From: Nitrospirota bacterium
GTDB lineage: Bacteria > Nitrospirota > UBA9217
Assembly: GCA_963845065.1 (NCBI GenBank)
Contig: CAWJQQ010000009.1
Location: forward strand, 224,001-288,000
Direction of reading: 5' to 3'
Length of the DNA stretch: 64,000 nucleotides
Below the pieces are notes generated by a model. It was not told the DNA's origin. It did no database searches and worked only from the letters and a program-made list of their open reading frames with translations. The position numbers and the translations under genes were made by a program. Shown in pieces: positions 51,366 to 61,444 of this stretch; position 1 is the stretch's first letter, and each line of letters starts with the position of its first letter.

Positions 51366-52296
51366 TCATTTTTCCGATTGAGGCCTTTCCGTGCAGCTTC
51401 CCTCTGCCTGTCGCTTTAAAATATATCATAAAAAGCAATGTTGTCCCTTTAGCACTCAAAAAAAAAATACCAATATAATGATATCGCGAAGGGGAAAGAT
51501 GTCAAGGCAAGGGGTAAATATCGCTTAGAAGCGACAGGGTTGGCAGTTCCAAGATAACGGATATCGTCAAGAATGCAAATTTGAGACGCAACTGGATTTG
51601 AGTCGATTTTTTTTCAAGTTGCATAGAAAAGAAACAACAACCGCATTAAGATGAATTATTGAACAATGGTCACATCAACCGTGAAGGAATATTAGTGGCT
51701 AAGATTTTTCTGGTATTTCCTTCTGCATCAACTAACTGAATGTTTGCCAAGACGAACAGCGTCCCCCGAGCCGGTTTAGATCTCCATTTGCGATGATAGA
51801 AAATCGGTGTGTGGGCGTTAAGCCCCTTGCCAGATGAAGGAAGTCACAATGTTTCGGTTGCGGAACGAATATCCACGACACGGCCGGCGTGATACAGTAT
51901 GATTTGTCGTAGAATAATTATTGATATAAAAAAAATTATGATGAACCCAAAGGGCTTTGCCTTAGATCAACTTTCCAAGGTATCATTAGGAACGACGGCT
52001 CAAGAGATTTTTAAAAAGGCTTGTGCAGAAAAAATATACCAAGAGAGCGAGATAGTTCCGCAAAAAAGACACGTGTGCAGCAAAAACTTAAGAATCTCAT
52101 GATAATTATTCATCACCGCATTATCTGACCTCTGATTCTTCTCCGGAGGAATAAATGATATCACTCCATTTTCTTAACATAAAAGTTAGGCTGACGGACA
52201 TTATTTGCTATCGCGGTATAAAGTATTACTGCATTAAACCTTTTTTAATTTCCGGTGACTAATAATTGGATATAATAAGAAGTGGAGGAATTGAAG

Positions 52297-52632
52297 ATGA
52301 AAAGATACATTTTTATTTCCATGGCTGTCATTGTCCTCCTCCTTGTTGGCATCTTGCCGGGTTATGCATATGGGGGTGTGAGGGTAGGCGTAGGCATCGG
52401 GATACCTATATGGCCCTGGTGGGGACCGCCATACTATCCTTATTATTACTCGCAGCCGCCCGTTGTTATCCAGCAGCAAGCTCCAGTATATGAACAACAG
52501 GCGCCAGTAGAGCAACAACAGAATTACTGGTATTTCTGCCCCGATTCAAAGGCCTATTACCCATATGTGAAACAATGTCCCAGTGGCTGGATGAAGGTTG
52601 TTCCAACGCCGGGTCCGCCAGGGGAGAAGTGA
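52297..52632 (+). CDS. secreted Pro/Tyr-rich small protein
   Basis: Signal peptide, PYYPYYY and WYFCPDSKAYYPYVKQCPSGW.KV.P motif. Confidence 0.8.
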   Translation: MKRYIFISMAVIVLLLVGILPGYAYGGVRVGVGIGIPIWPWWGPPYYPYYYSQPPVVIQQQAPVYEQQAPVEQQQNYWYFCPDSKAYYPYVKQCPSGWMKVVPTPGPPGEK

Positions 52633-52862
52633 CAACGCACATAATGTCGTTCACTCAAAATACGATCACGACTTCTTAACGGGTATATTTTTAAGGAGAA
52701 TAGAGAGTCGTACCTTTTATCTTTTCCAAGCGACATTGGTACAGCTTAAAAAAGAATACTACTAAGTATTATGCAGCATCAGATGTTTGAGCGTGAACGG
52801 TGTCTTGAAAAGCTAATTAGTGAGTGGGGTCCTCAACATTGTCAAGTAAGGAGTTAAAGCAT

Positions 52863-53705
52863 ATGATGACATTCAAACGAAGTATTTTGATATCTTTTGT
52901 TCTTCTTGTTGTGGGTGGGTGTGCTACTATGCCAACGGGTCCCAGTGTAGAGGTTCTGCCGGCTCCGGGCAAGCCATTTGATGTGTTCCAGGGAGAGGAC
53001 AATACGTGCAGGCAGTGGGCAAAGCAGTCAATCGGGACTTCTCCTCAGCAGGTGGCTAATCAAAACACGGCTGCAGGGGCCGTGGTAGGCACCGCTGTAG
53101 GAGCAGGCCTTGGAGCAGCCATTGGGTCCACTTCGGGTCATGCAGGTGCTGGTGCTTTGATTGGCGGCGTAAGCGGGCTTCTAGTTGGAACATCAGCAGG
53201 TGCCCAATCAGGCCAGATGTCTGCCAGAGAGGCCCAACGCAGATATGACAATGCATATGTCCAGTGTATGTATTCCTACGGGAATCAGGTGCCTGGATAT
53301 CACCCTACTGTAGCATCAGCGCCTCCTCAACCTGGTGAAGTCGGACCTCCTCCGCCAGATCTGGATCTTGAAGAAGCGCCTCAGTTTGTCTATTCACCCG
53401 AACTCGGAATGTATGTTGCAGGCGGAGTACCTTATGACATCGTTTATACGGGGGCTGGTTACTTCTATTTTTACGGTGGGCGCTGGTATCGAGGGCCACA
53501 TTATTACGGCCCGTGGTTTCTTGCAACGGGGCCAGATTTCCCACCTGCTCTATTGAGGTTCCGGATTGACCAGATCCGACATTACCGTAACGAAGAGTTC
53601 AGACGATACGAGTACGATAGAGCGCACTATGATAGACGACGAATGTACCGTCCAGAAAATCGCGGTCCAAGAAGGGAAAGGGAGCACAGAGAAGAACATA
53701 GGTAG
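52863..53705 (+). CDS. glycine-zipper lipoprotein
   Basis: Lipobox GGC, GPSV.VLP..GK.F..F, glycine zipper, QRRYD.AY.QCM...GNQVP. Confidence 0.85.
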   Translation: MMTFKRSILISFVLLVVGGCATMPTGPSVEVLPAPGKPFDVFQGEDNTCRQWAKQSIGTSPQQVANQNTAAGAVVGTAVGAGLGAAIGSTSGHAGAGALIGGVSGLLVGTSAGAQSGQMSAREAQRRYDNAYVQCMYSYGNQVPGYHPTVASAPPQPGEVGPPPPDLDLEEAPQFVYSPELGMYVAGGVPYDIVYTGAGYFYFYGGRWYRGPHYYGPWFLATGPDFPPALLRFRIDQIRHYRNEEFRRYEYDRAHYDRRRMYRPENRGPRREREHREEHR

Positions 53706-54090
53706 AAGCATAAGTTAAGAAGTCAGTGATGCGGACGGATAGCGGCTATCGGACAAACACTTCAGTGAAACGAGCAGTTGCAGACGCTAACTCATCCCCG
53801 GTTTCGGTTTTGGTAGAGTATTCTTTCACAGGCCGTATACTCTGTCTTCGGCCGATATCGTAGCTGTGGGAAAAGCTGCTCCCGCATTTGTTGATTGGAG
53901 AAGCAGCCTCGATGCGGCCTGTCGAAAGAGCGGCATATACCCGTTAGGTAATGCCGCTCTTGCTGTTTTCGAGGATGAAGCGGAGTGCAATTTTTATTAT
54001 ACAGTAATTTCAGGATGATTCCGCGGCCGGGGTGGACGTATCGTCTACCTTCCGGCCGTGGAATCACGTGTAAGGCCTTTCGCTATTTGT

Positions 54091-55566
54091 TTATGGTTGA
54101 ATTGTTATGTAGGCCGACCCCCCATCCCTATATATGAGCAGGAGAACGGTGTCCTTCTCCCCGACCTTCGAAATCGCGTTGTTGTAATCCTGTAAATTTT
54201 GAATAGCGGTACGGTTCACTTCCTGAATAACATCATTTGGCCGGAGCAACACCTGTCCTCCCATTTCCCCGCTTACATTTGTCACGACAACGCCATTCAC
54301 GTTGTCAGAAAGATTCAACTTATTCCGAAGGTCGGGGGTAAGCTCTTGCACTGATATACCCTTCAAGACGTTTTCATACTCTGATTTGATTATTTTATTT
54401 CCCTTATACTCACCGAGCTCCACGGTCACCGTCTGCTCTTTACCGTCCCTGATGACCGAGACATTGATTTTTGTGCCGGGCGCTATGGAGGCAATCAGGT
54501 TCCTCAGGCTCGTTGAATCGTTGATCTTTTTATCGTTTATTTCTATGATAAGGTCTCCCCGCTTCATGCCGGCTTTGTCAGCCGGACTACCTTGTTCAAC
54601 GCTTGCGACTAATGCGCCGGCGGTTTCTTTGATGCCGAAAGACTTTGCAAGGTCGGACGTGAGATCCTGAATGCTTACGCCTAACCAGCCCCGAATGACC
54701 TTGCCGTGCTTGATGATGCTGTCCATGACGGATTTTGCCATATTAGATGGAATAGCGAAGCCGATGCCCATGTAACCGCCGCTCGTTGAAAAAATGGCGG
54801 TATTGATACCGACAAGCTCACCGCTAGCATTGACCAGAGCGCCGCCTGAATTTCCAGGATTGATCGCGGCATCGGTCTGGATAAAATCTTCATAGTCGGC
54901 AAGTCCGATATTCGAACGACCCACTGCGCTCACGATGCCCATGGTAATTGTCTGGTTTAGGCCAAATGGATTGCCGACGGCAAGTACGAGGTCGCCCGTT
55001 TTCAGTTTATCTGAATCACCGAGCCGCAGTGTTGGCAAACCTCGGGCATCGATTTTAACAACGGCAAGGTCTGTACGCGGATCCGTGCCGACAACCGTGC
55101 CTTTGAATTCACGCTTGTCGTAGAGGGTGACTTTGATCTCATCCGCGCCTTTTACTACGTGATTATTCGTCAGGATATAGCCATTATCGGCGACAATGAC
55201 GCCCGAACCCAATGCCGATTTTTTGAGTTCCCGATTCTGCCCAGGAAAGTTGAACCGATCACCGAAAAAACGACGGAAAAAAGGGTCATTGAACGTGTTT
55301 CCGAAAGGATTGTCTTTCATGGTGACCGTTGACGTCGTCGATATGTTTACTACCGCTGGCCGCGCCACGTCTGCGACCTCAGCAAATGCTTGACTTAATT
55401 TGCTGAGCAGATCTATGGATTCTTTTGAAACGTCCTTGGTTTTGGCAGTAGCGTTAGTAGTTATATGTGCACCGGCCATCATCATGATAGCTGCCACTAC
55501 CGTAATTGCCATGAGCAGTGCAATAGTCCTCCTGAATTTCGATTGTTCATTCCAGATGTTTCTCAT
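54091..55566 (-). CDS. degP: DegP/HtrA (Do) serine protease with two PDZ domains
   Basis: GSGVI, TNNHVV, DLAV, QTDAAINPGNSGG. Confidence 0.95.
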   Translation of the reverse strand: MRNIWNEQSKFRRTIALLMAITVVAAIMMMAGAHITTNATAKTKDVSKESIDLLSKLSQAFAEVADVARPAVVNISTTSTVTMKDNPFGNTFNDPFFRRFFGDRFNFPGQNRELKKSALGSGVIVADNGYILTNNHVVKGADEIKVTLYDKREFKGTVVGTDPRTDLAVVKIDARGLPTLRLGDSDKLKTGDLVLAVGNPFGLNQTITMGIVSAVGRSNIGLADYEDFIQTDAAINPGNSGGALVNASGELVGINTAIFSTSGGYMGIGFAIPSNMAKSVMDSIIKHGKVIRGWLGVSIQDLTSDLAKSFGIKETAGALVASVEQGSPADKAGMKRGDLIIEINDKKINDSTSLRNLIASIAPGTKINVSVIRDGKEQTVTVELGEYKGNKIIKSEYENVLKGISVQELTPDLRNKLNLSDNVNGVVVTNVSGEMGGQVLLRPNDVIQEVNRTAIQNLQDYNNAISKVGEKDTVLLLIYRDGGSAYITIQP

Positions 55567-55601
55567 ATTGTTCTCCTTTATGCAATCAATCTTTGTTTTA
55601 C

Positions 55602-57262
55602 CAAACTATCCGCAGAAAGCCCCTGGTTTTAACCATGGGGATGAATGCGGGAACTTTGTTTTCCGGCAATTAGTAGACAAATGTACATCTATGTGGTATA
55701 TTCAAACAACCAATGCCGAATAAACCTAAAACCCCATCTTGTATCCACGAGTTTCAACTCGTAGTGACTCCAAAGGACAATCGAATGCTCGATGCCCGGC
55801 TCGAAGCTGGCCGTTATCTGTACAATGCCTGCCTTGGTGAAGCGATGAAGCGTCTTACTGCCATGCGGCGATCAGAAAAATGGCTCGTGGCGATCACGAA
55901 GAAGAAAAGCAAGCTTCGCACCAAGATGTTTAAGACAGCCAGAACCCAGGCTGAATATACTGAATACCACCTTCATAACTACGTCGGTATCCTCCGCAAT
56001 TCCTGCTGGATCAGTGAGCATATTGACAGCCTGACCGCCCAGAAGATAGCATCTCGAGCATATAGCGCCGTCGCTGACTACGAGTTTGGGAAGCATGGCA
56101 AACCACGTTTCAAACGCCATGTCTGGATGTCGTCCCTTGAAGGTAAAAACAACAAATCTGGTATTCGGTGGTGCGATGACCATGTGGAGTGGACTGGCCT
56201 TCGTCTCAACTGTGTCTTCGACAAGAAAGACAAGTTTGGTGTTCAGGCTCATGCACTTAGCCATGACATCAAGTACGTTCGTCTGGTCAAGAAAACTATC
56301 CGCGGCAATCCCCGCTGGTTTGCCCAACTTGTGCTTAAAGGCACGGCCAAGATCAAGCGTGAGAACCAGATTGGCACCGAAACCGTTGGCCTTGACATTG
56401 GCTCGACAGTTGCCATCGTTGGTGATACCGATGCGTTACTACTCGAATTTTGCCCTGAAGTCGAGATACCGTTTAAACGTATCAAGACCGTCCAGCGCAA
56501 AATGGCCAGAAGCCTTCGTGCTACCAACCCGGGCAACTACAACGGAGACAAAACCATCAAAACAGGTAAAAAACAGTGGGTCTTTTCTGTTCAATACCGT
56601 ATTCTTAAAGCTAAGCTCGCCGAACTTCAAAGGATCCTTGCTGAAACCAGAAAACGGTCTCATGGCAAGCTCGTGAACAAAGTCCTCACTCTCGGTACCG
56701 ACATCAAAACCGAGAAACTGTCGTACAAAGCATTTCAGAAACTCTATGGTAAAAGTATTTCGCGACGAGCTCCGGGGATGTTTATGTCGATGCTTCACCA
56801 CAAAGCCGAAAACGCTGGCGGTAAAGTAACCGAGTTTTCTACCCGGAGCACAAAGCTTTCCCAGACATGCCATTGCGGAACAGTAGCCAAAAAATCATTG
56901 TCCCAAAGATGGCATGCCTGCAACTGCGGGGTAAGCACCCAGCGTGATCTCTATTCCGCATTCCTTGCAAAGTATGTTTCTAACGATGTCCTCGACACGC
57001 GTCAGGCTGCCAAAGCCTGGCCGGGTGCAAACCTGCTCCTGGAACGGGCGGTGTTGGGGGTGCAGCATGAAGCGGCAAAGGGTCGAATTCATCCAACCAG
57101 CTTCGGTATCAAGCAAGAGAACACCACAAACCGGAGACAGAGCTGCTCGTCCGTTAAAGGCGGATCAACGACAGTCGAGGCCGACAACGTTCGTATTGTT
57201 GCCGGAGAGCCTGTCGGTACAGCCGCTAGAACCCCCTGGCTTTAGACATGGGGAGTGGTCAG
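55602..57262 (+). mobile_element. IS200/IS605-family TnpB-only element, copy 3 (1661 bp)
   Basis: TTAC at 55598-55601; same ends; 3-bp internal deletion. Confidence 0.93.
55713..57245 (+). CDS. tnpB: TnpB RNA-guided endonuclease (510 aa)
   Basis: As copies 1 and 2, but GLDIG-STV lacks the Pro. Confidence 0.9.
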   Translation: MPNKPKTPSCIHEFQLVVTPKDNRMLDARLEAGRYLYNACLGEAMKRLTAMRRSEKWLVAITKKKSKLRTKMFKTARTQAEYTEYHLHNYVGILRNSCWISEHIDSLTAQKIASRAYSAVADYEFGKHGKPRFKRHVWMSSLEGKNNKSGIRWCDDHVEWTGLRLNCVFDKKDKFGVQAHALSHDIKYVRLVKKTIRGNPRWFAQLVLKGTAKIKRENQIGTETVGLDIGSTVAIVGDTDALLLEFCPEVEIPFKRIKTVQRKMARSLRATNPGNYNGDKTIKTGKKQWVFSVQYRILKAKLAELQRILAETRKRSHGKLVNKVLTLGTDIKTEKLSYKAFQKLYGKSISRRAPGMFMSMLHHKAENAGGKVTEFSTRSTKLSQTCHCGTVAKKSLSQRWHACNCGVSTQRDLYSAFLAKYVSNDVLDTRQAAKAWPGANLLLERAVLGVQHEAAKGRIHPTSFGIKQENTTNRRQSCSSVKGGSTTVEADNVRIVAGEPVGTAARTPWL

Positions 57263-57296
57263 GTTTGTAGTGGGTCACCCCAAGCTTTTTTATGAT

Positions 57297-58782
57297 TTAT
57301 ACCGTTTTTCGCACCGGCATGGTGAAATAAAATGATGACCCTTCGTCCGGCCTCGATTCGATCCATATGCGGCCCCCGTGACGTTCCACGATCTTTTTGC
57401 AAAGGGCAAGGCCCAAACCGGTACCGGGATAGTCCTCACTGGTGTGCAACCGTTGGAAGATGACGAATATACGTTCATAAAAGCGGGGCTCTATGCCAAT
57501 GCCGTTGTCATGCACACCGAAGACCCATTCATCCTGTTTCCGCTCGGCGGAGATACGAATGCTCAAAGGTGCATCCTTTTTCCTGAACTTGATCGCGTTT
57601 CCGATAAGGTTCTGAAAAAGCTGAATGAGCTGAGTATCGTCGCCTTCCACGTAAGGCAATTCGTCGCTATTGATCGTAGCTTTATTTTCATCGACAATCT
57701 CTTTAAGGTTGTCGATGGCGCCATTGAGCAGTATACTCATATTAAACGTTGAGAATTGTTTCTCCTTTGTCCCGATACGTGAGTAGACGTACAGGTCGTG
57801 AACCAGCACACTCATGCGTTTCGTTCCGTTTACTGCGCGTTCAATGAACATGTGGGCTTTTTCATCAAGTTCCTCGTTGTAATTTCGTGCAAGGAGATCC
57901 AGAAAGCCTGACACTGTCCGTAATGGTGATTGGAGATCGTGTGAGGCGACAGAGGCAAACTGATCAAGCTCTTTGTTGGAACGGGCAAGGTCTTTCATAG
58001 ATTTCTTCAGGTCTTCCTCCGCCTGCTCACGCATGGCGATTTCTGTCTTGAGGCGAGAGTTCGTTTCTGCAATATCGCGGGTGCGCCTCTGTACAAGATC
58101 CTCCAGGCCCTCCTGGTGCCTGCAGAGTTCTCCTTCGACCTTTATGCGCATGCTGATTTCGCCTTTGAGGAAAAAAAACGCCGTAAGTAACAGGGCGATA
58201 CTCAGGGCTCCGCCAGCAAGGACCGCCCCAATCAGGCGCCGGGCAGCGGTCCTCCGTGCTGCAAACCGCTCATATAACAACCTCGTCTCTTCATCGCGTT
58301 GCTGTGGCCACCTTCCCACGGATTTGTTCCATAAGCTTCTCGCCGATACCACTATCCACAATCCGTGAGGCGAACCGGAAGCCTTTTGCTCTGCGTATCT
58401 CGATGGTCTCTTTGAGCGCGGCTATTTTTTCCCTCACGACAGACTCGATGTCGTCAAGCCGCTTCTGCTGCTCCGGGTTGTTCCTGGTCATGTCGTGCAA
58501 AGCCGACAGCCTCTGTTCAATGCCTCCTGTTTCCTTATAGTAGGGTTCCAGATACTTTATTTTCCCGGTGATGATATAGCCACGCTGTCCGGTTTCGGCG
58601 TCCTTCAAAGCAGAAAAGACATTATTCAGTTTATTGAGGACGCTATATGTATAATCCACTTCTTGAATGGATCTCTCTGTTGCCACTATGTCCCGGAAAG
58701 TCAGCCATCCGAGCAGCACCAGAATGGCCACGCCGAGGGCGAACCCCGCGTCCATGATAATGGTCGTTCTTACTTTACTCAT
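57297..58782 (-). pseudogene. CHASE3 sensor histidine kinase, frameshifted near 58300
   Basis: CHASE3 (DAETGQRGY..TG...YLEPY) in ORF 58291-58782. TM2-HisKA (ASHDLQSPL)-HATPase in overlapping ORF 57297-58361. Confidence 0.8.
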
Positions 58783-58833
58783 ATTTCACCTGCCCTCTGT
58801 GAAGATCTCCCTGTCTCATGATTCAAACCATTT

Positions 58834-59223
58834 TCACAAGAAGGACATCACGTCCGAGATCCCGCAGAGCCGCGATAGTTCCTTGAGCCGCGCGTTTCTG
58901 CTGTCGCTGCCAAGGCCGCGGACATAAGCCACGAAATTGAGGAAATCGTAGACGAGCATGTCCGGGTAGAGAGGCGCCGACTCAGGAAGATAGCCGAATA
59001 GTTTTTTGATTTCCAGTGGACGTTCGCGAACGCTCATGCCCTTCACGAAGATGTCGCCGGAAGTGGGCATCAGGTAGCACGTCAGCATTCTGAGGGTGGT
59101 CGTCTTTCCAGCCCCGTTTGGGCCCAGGAGGCCGAGAACTTCTCCCTTCCTTATCTCAAGGCTGATATGATCAACGGCGCATGCATCGCTATAACGCTTG
59201 GTAAGATTGTCTATATGTATCAT
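58834..59223 (-). pseudogene. 3'-truncated ABC transporter ATPase (GldA-like)
   Basis: Walker A GPNGAGKTT and GYLPE.APLY.DM are present; the ORF ends before the signature and Walker B motifs. Confidence 0.8.
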
Positions 59224-59429
59224 ACGTCTCCTTTAATAATATAAGTTCCAGTCATCCGTTCACGGCACGTATGGTCTTTGCCGAAACCGAGCGTGGTACG
59301 TCATATACGCAGGGCATCAGACAGCCGAATGTCGTGGCAGATCCTAAGCATGCCTGTATGCTTATTCCTAGACGCGACTTCGAATGGCAGAAGGAAAAGA
59401 GATTTGGATGTTGCAAACAGGGGAAACGA

Positions 59430-59702
59430 CTATGCGGGGGGAGCGCGGGTTCCAGTCGGAGAAAAGACGTTCTGCAGTAGTTGATAGATGATATTGAGAG
59501 AGAGAGTGACGCCTGTCCAGCCCCGGTGGTGGTCAAAATCCGAGAAGGTGCCGTTTACCGTAAAAAGCAGGCCATGAACGTCGTTGAGCGAGGTTGTTTG
59601 CCGCAGAGCTTCATCATCAGGCGGATAATACGCGGGTACAAACGTAAGGACAACGATAAGAGCGATGAGGATGAGTGCAAGACGCTTTTGCATAAGTAAC
59701 AC
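59430..59702 (-). CDS. signal-anchored leader protein ending in RAPP motif
   Basis: N-terminal hydrophobic helix and C-terminus TGTRAPPA*. Sigma70-like TTGACT-N17-TAATAT promoter at 59717-59745. Confidence 0.65.
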   Translation of the reverse strand: MLLMQKRLALILIALIVVLTFVPAYYPPDDEALRQTTSLNDVHGLLFTVNGTFSDFDHHRGWTGVTLSLNIIYQLLQNVFSPTGTRAPPA

Positions 59703-59774
59703 CGAAACGTTAAAAAATATTACTCGACAGGAGCATTAAAGTCAAGAGCGATTTTTCTGCAATGCTCAGTGGGC

Positions 59775-59821
59775 TTGACATCCTCCCCGGCCTCACGGCT
59801 GGGGTCTTACGGCGCATTGAG
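59775..59821 (-). mobile_element. solo IS605 LE/RE hybrid hairpin (47 bp scar)
   Basis: Minus strand TTAT | CTCAATGCGCCGT-AAGA-CCCCAGCCGTGAGGCCGGGG-AGGATG-TCAA. Confidence 0.65.
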
Positions 59822-60137
59822 ATAAAAGTTGCCTGAAGGATCCGACATGCTTCTAGAACGATTTTTTTAGCTCCAATACCCGAGTTATAGAAAACCTTTG
59901 TGCTGGCCGACGGCCCTGCGATATAAGGATTCGAAGATAGTAAGCCCGGAACCATCCTGTAAGGTGTATGCTACGCTCCAAATCTTACAGAAATCTTTTG
60001 GTCAGATAGGGGACCGGACTTAAAAGAGGACGTAATATTCGTCTCTACGTCGTTAGGATATCCCGATCCCATCACATAGGTAGCCGTGGATATACTCTAA
60101 GTCATGTGATTAAGTCAACCGTACCTTGTCCTACTAA

Positions 60138-60602
60138 TTAATCCCCAACTATCTTCCGGCTTCGATAAACATCGTAATCCGGGACAAGGCGGTCATAATC
60201 GCCATCCATCAATGGGGAGGAAATCATGAAATCGGCGGAGGCGCGATTGCAGGCTATCGGGATATTCCAAACTACAGCCATGCGCAAGAGCGCTTTAACA
60301 TCTGGATCGTGGGGCTGCGGCTCGAGCGGATCCCAGAAAAAGATGAGAAAATCGATCTCGCCGTCGGCTATCTTAGCGCCGATTTGCTGATCCCCGCCCA
60401 AAGGCCCGCTCTGGAGTTTGTTAATCTTAAAGCCAAGCTCTTGTTCCAAAATCTCGCCGGTTGTCCCCGTTGCATATATCTTGTGATGACCCAGGAGCAC
60501 TTGATTGTATTTTGCCCATTCCACCAAATCACGCTTTTTATTGTCGTGCGCGACGAGGGCAACCTTTTTATCATGTTCCATAGCTATTTTCTTGTGATCC
60601 AT
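60138..60602 (-). CDS. mgsA: methylglyoxal synthase
   Basis: [43 protein letters not shown]. Confidence 0.97.
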   Translation of the reverse strand: MDHKKIAMEHDKKVALVAHDNKKRDLVEWAKYNQVLLGHHKIYATGTTGEILEQELGFKINKLQSGPLGGDQQIGAKIADGEIDFLIFFWDPLEPQPHDPDVKALLRMAVVWNIPIACNRASADFMISSPLMDGDYDRLVPDYDVYRSRKIVGD

Positions 60603-60769
60603 CTAAATTCCACTCCTTCCCATGCAGTAGAAATTTATTTTCAATATGGCTAACGATATATTACTAGATAGTTTTTTGGCAGTATGTCAGATGTACGCTC
60701 CTCTTTATCATCATTGAGGTCAGTAAGGGAAGTGCGAGTCAAATTTTAAAGCTGAGCAACTGCATTATT

Positions 60770-61444
60770 TTATCGACAAGACAAACCTGCCAGATACGAG
60801 CCATCCTGATTCCTACTCACCCACTGTACCGATGCGGTGCGGCATGCAATATAAGGGTGCGTCGTATCGATGTCTATTGTCTGGTCTGCCATGAGAGGGA
60901 CTGCAAGCTTGATGCAGAGACCGCCGTCGCTGATATTAATGGTCATACCATTCAGGAGTTCGTTGGTACGATTCACTACACACCGTACCTCGTAATGAGC
61001 TATATGTCGTGCGACTTTTCGCCTGGAACCTAACGGTTCCGACAGATCCACCCTTTTTTCACACTCGTCCAGCCAGGATGAAAGATGTGAGAATTCAATC
61101 GGTTTTCGAAAGAATGAGTACCCCAGTTGTTTAATTTGCTTATAACTCTCCTGGTCAATGTGCCCCGACATCACTGCTTTATTCTCTCTCGTTAGTTTGC
61201 ATCCGTGCGTCGATTGCGCCTGAAGCAGCTCAAGGCCATTCATGCCGGGCATCCTGAAGTCCGTGATGACAACATCAGCACATGGGTAATCCGAGTTGCA
61301 GAGATTCCCTTTCTCATCACGTATCGGACAAACAACAGGCCTGGTATAAGAGAGCACCTCATAATTCCTTGTGGATAAAAATTCCTTTAACAAGTGCACA
61401 ATAATCACTTCGTCATCGATAACGACAGCTCTCCGTTTTCTCAT
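60770..61444 (-). CDS. response regulator REC + PilZ domain protein
   Basis: IDDE...TDFRMPGMNG...KP; PilZ RKVAR (RxxxR) and NISDGG. Confidence 0.85.
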   Translation of the reverse strand: MRKRRAVVIDDEVIIVHLLKEFLSTRNYEVLSYTRPVVCPIRDEKGNLCNSDYPCADVVITDFRMPGMNGLELLQAQSTHGCKLTRENKAVMSGHIDQESYKQIKQLGYSFFRKPIEFSHLSSWLDECEKRVDLSEPLGSRRKVARHIAHYEVRCVVNRTNELLNGMTINISDGGLCIKLAVPLMADQTIDIDTTHPYIACRTASVQWVSRNQDGSYLAGLSCR

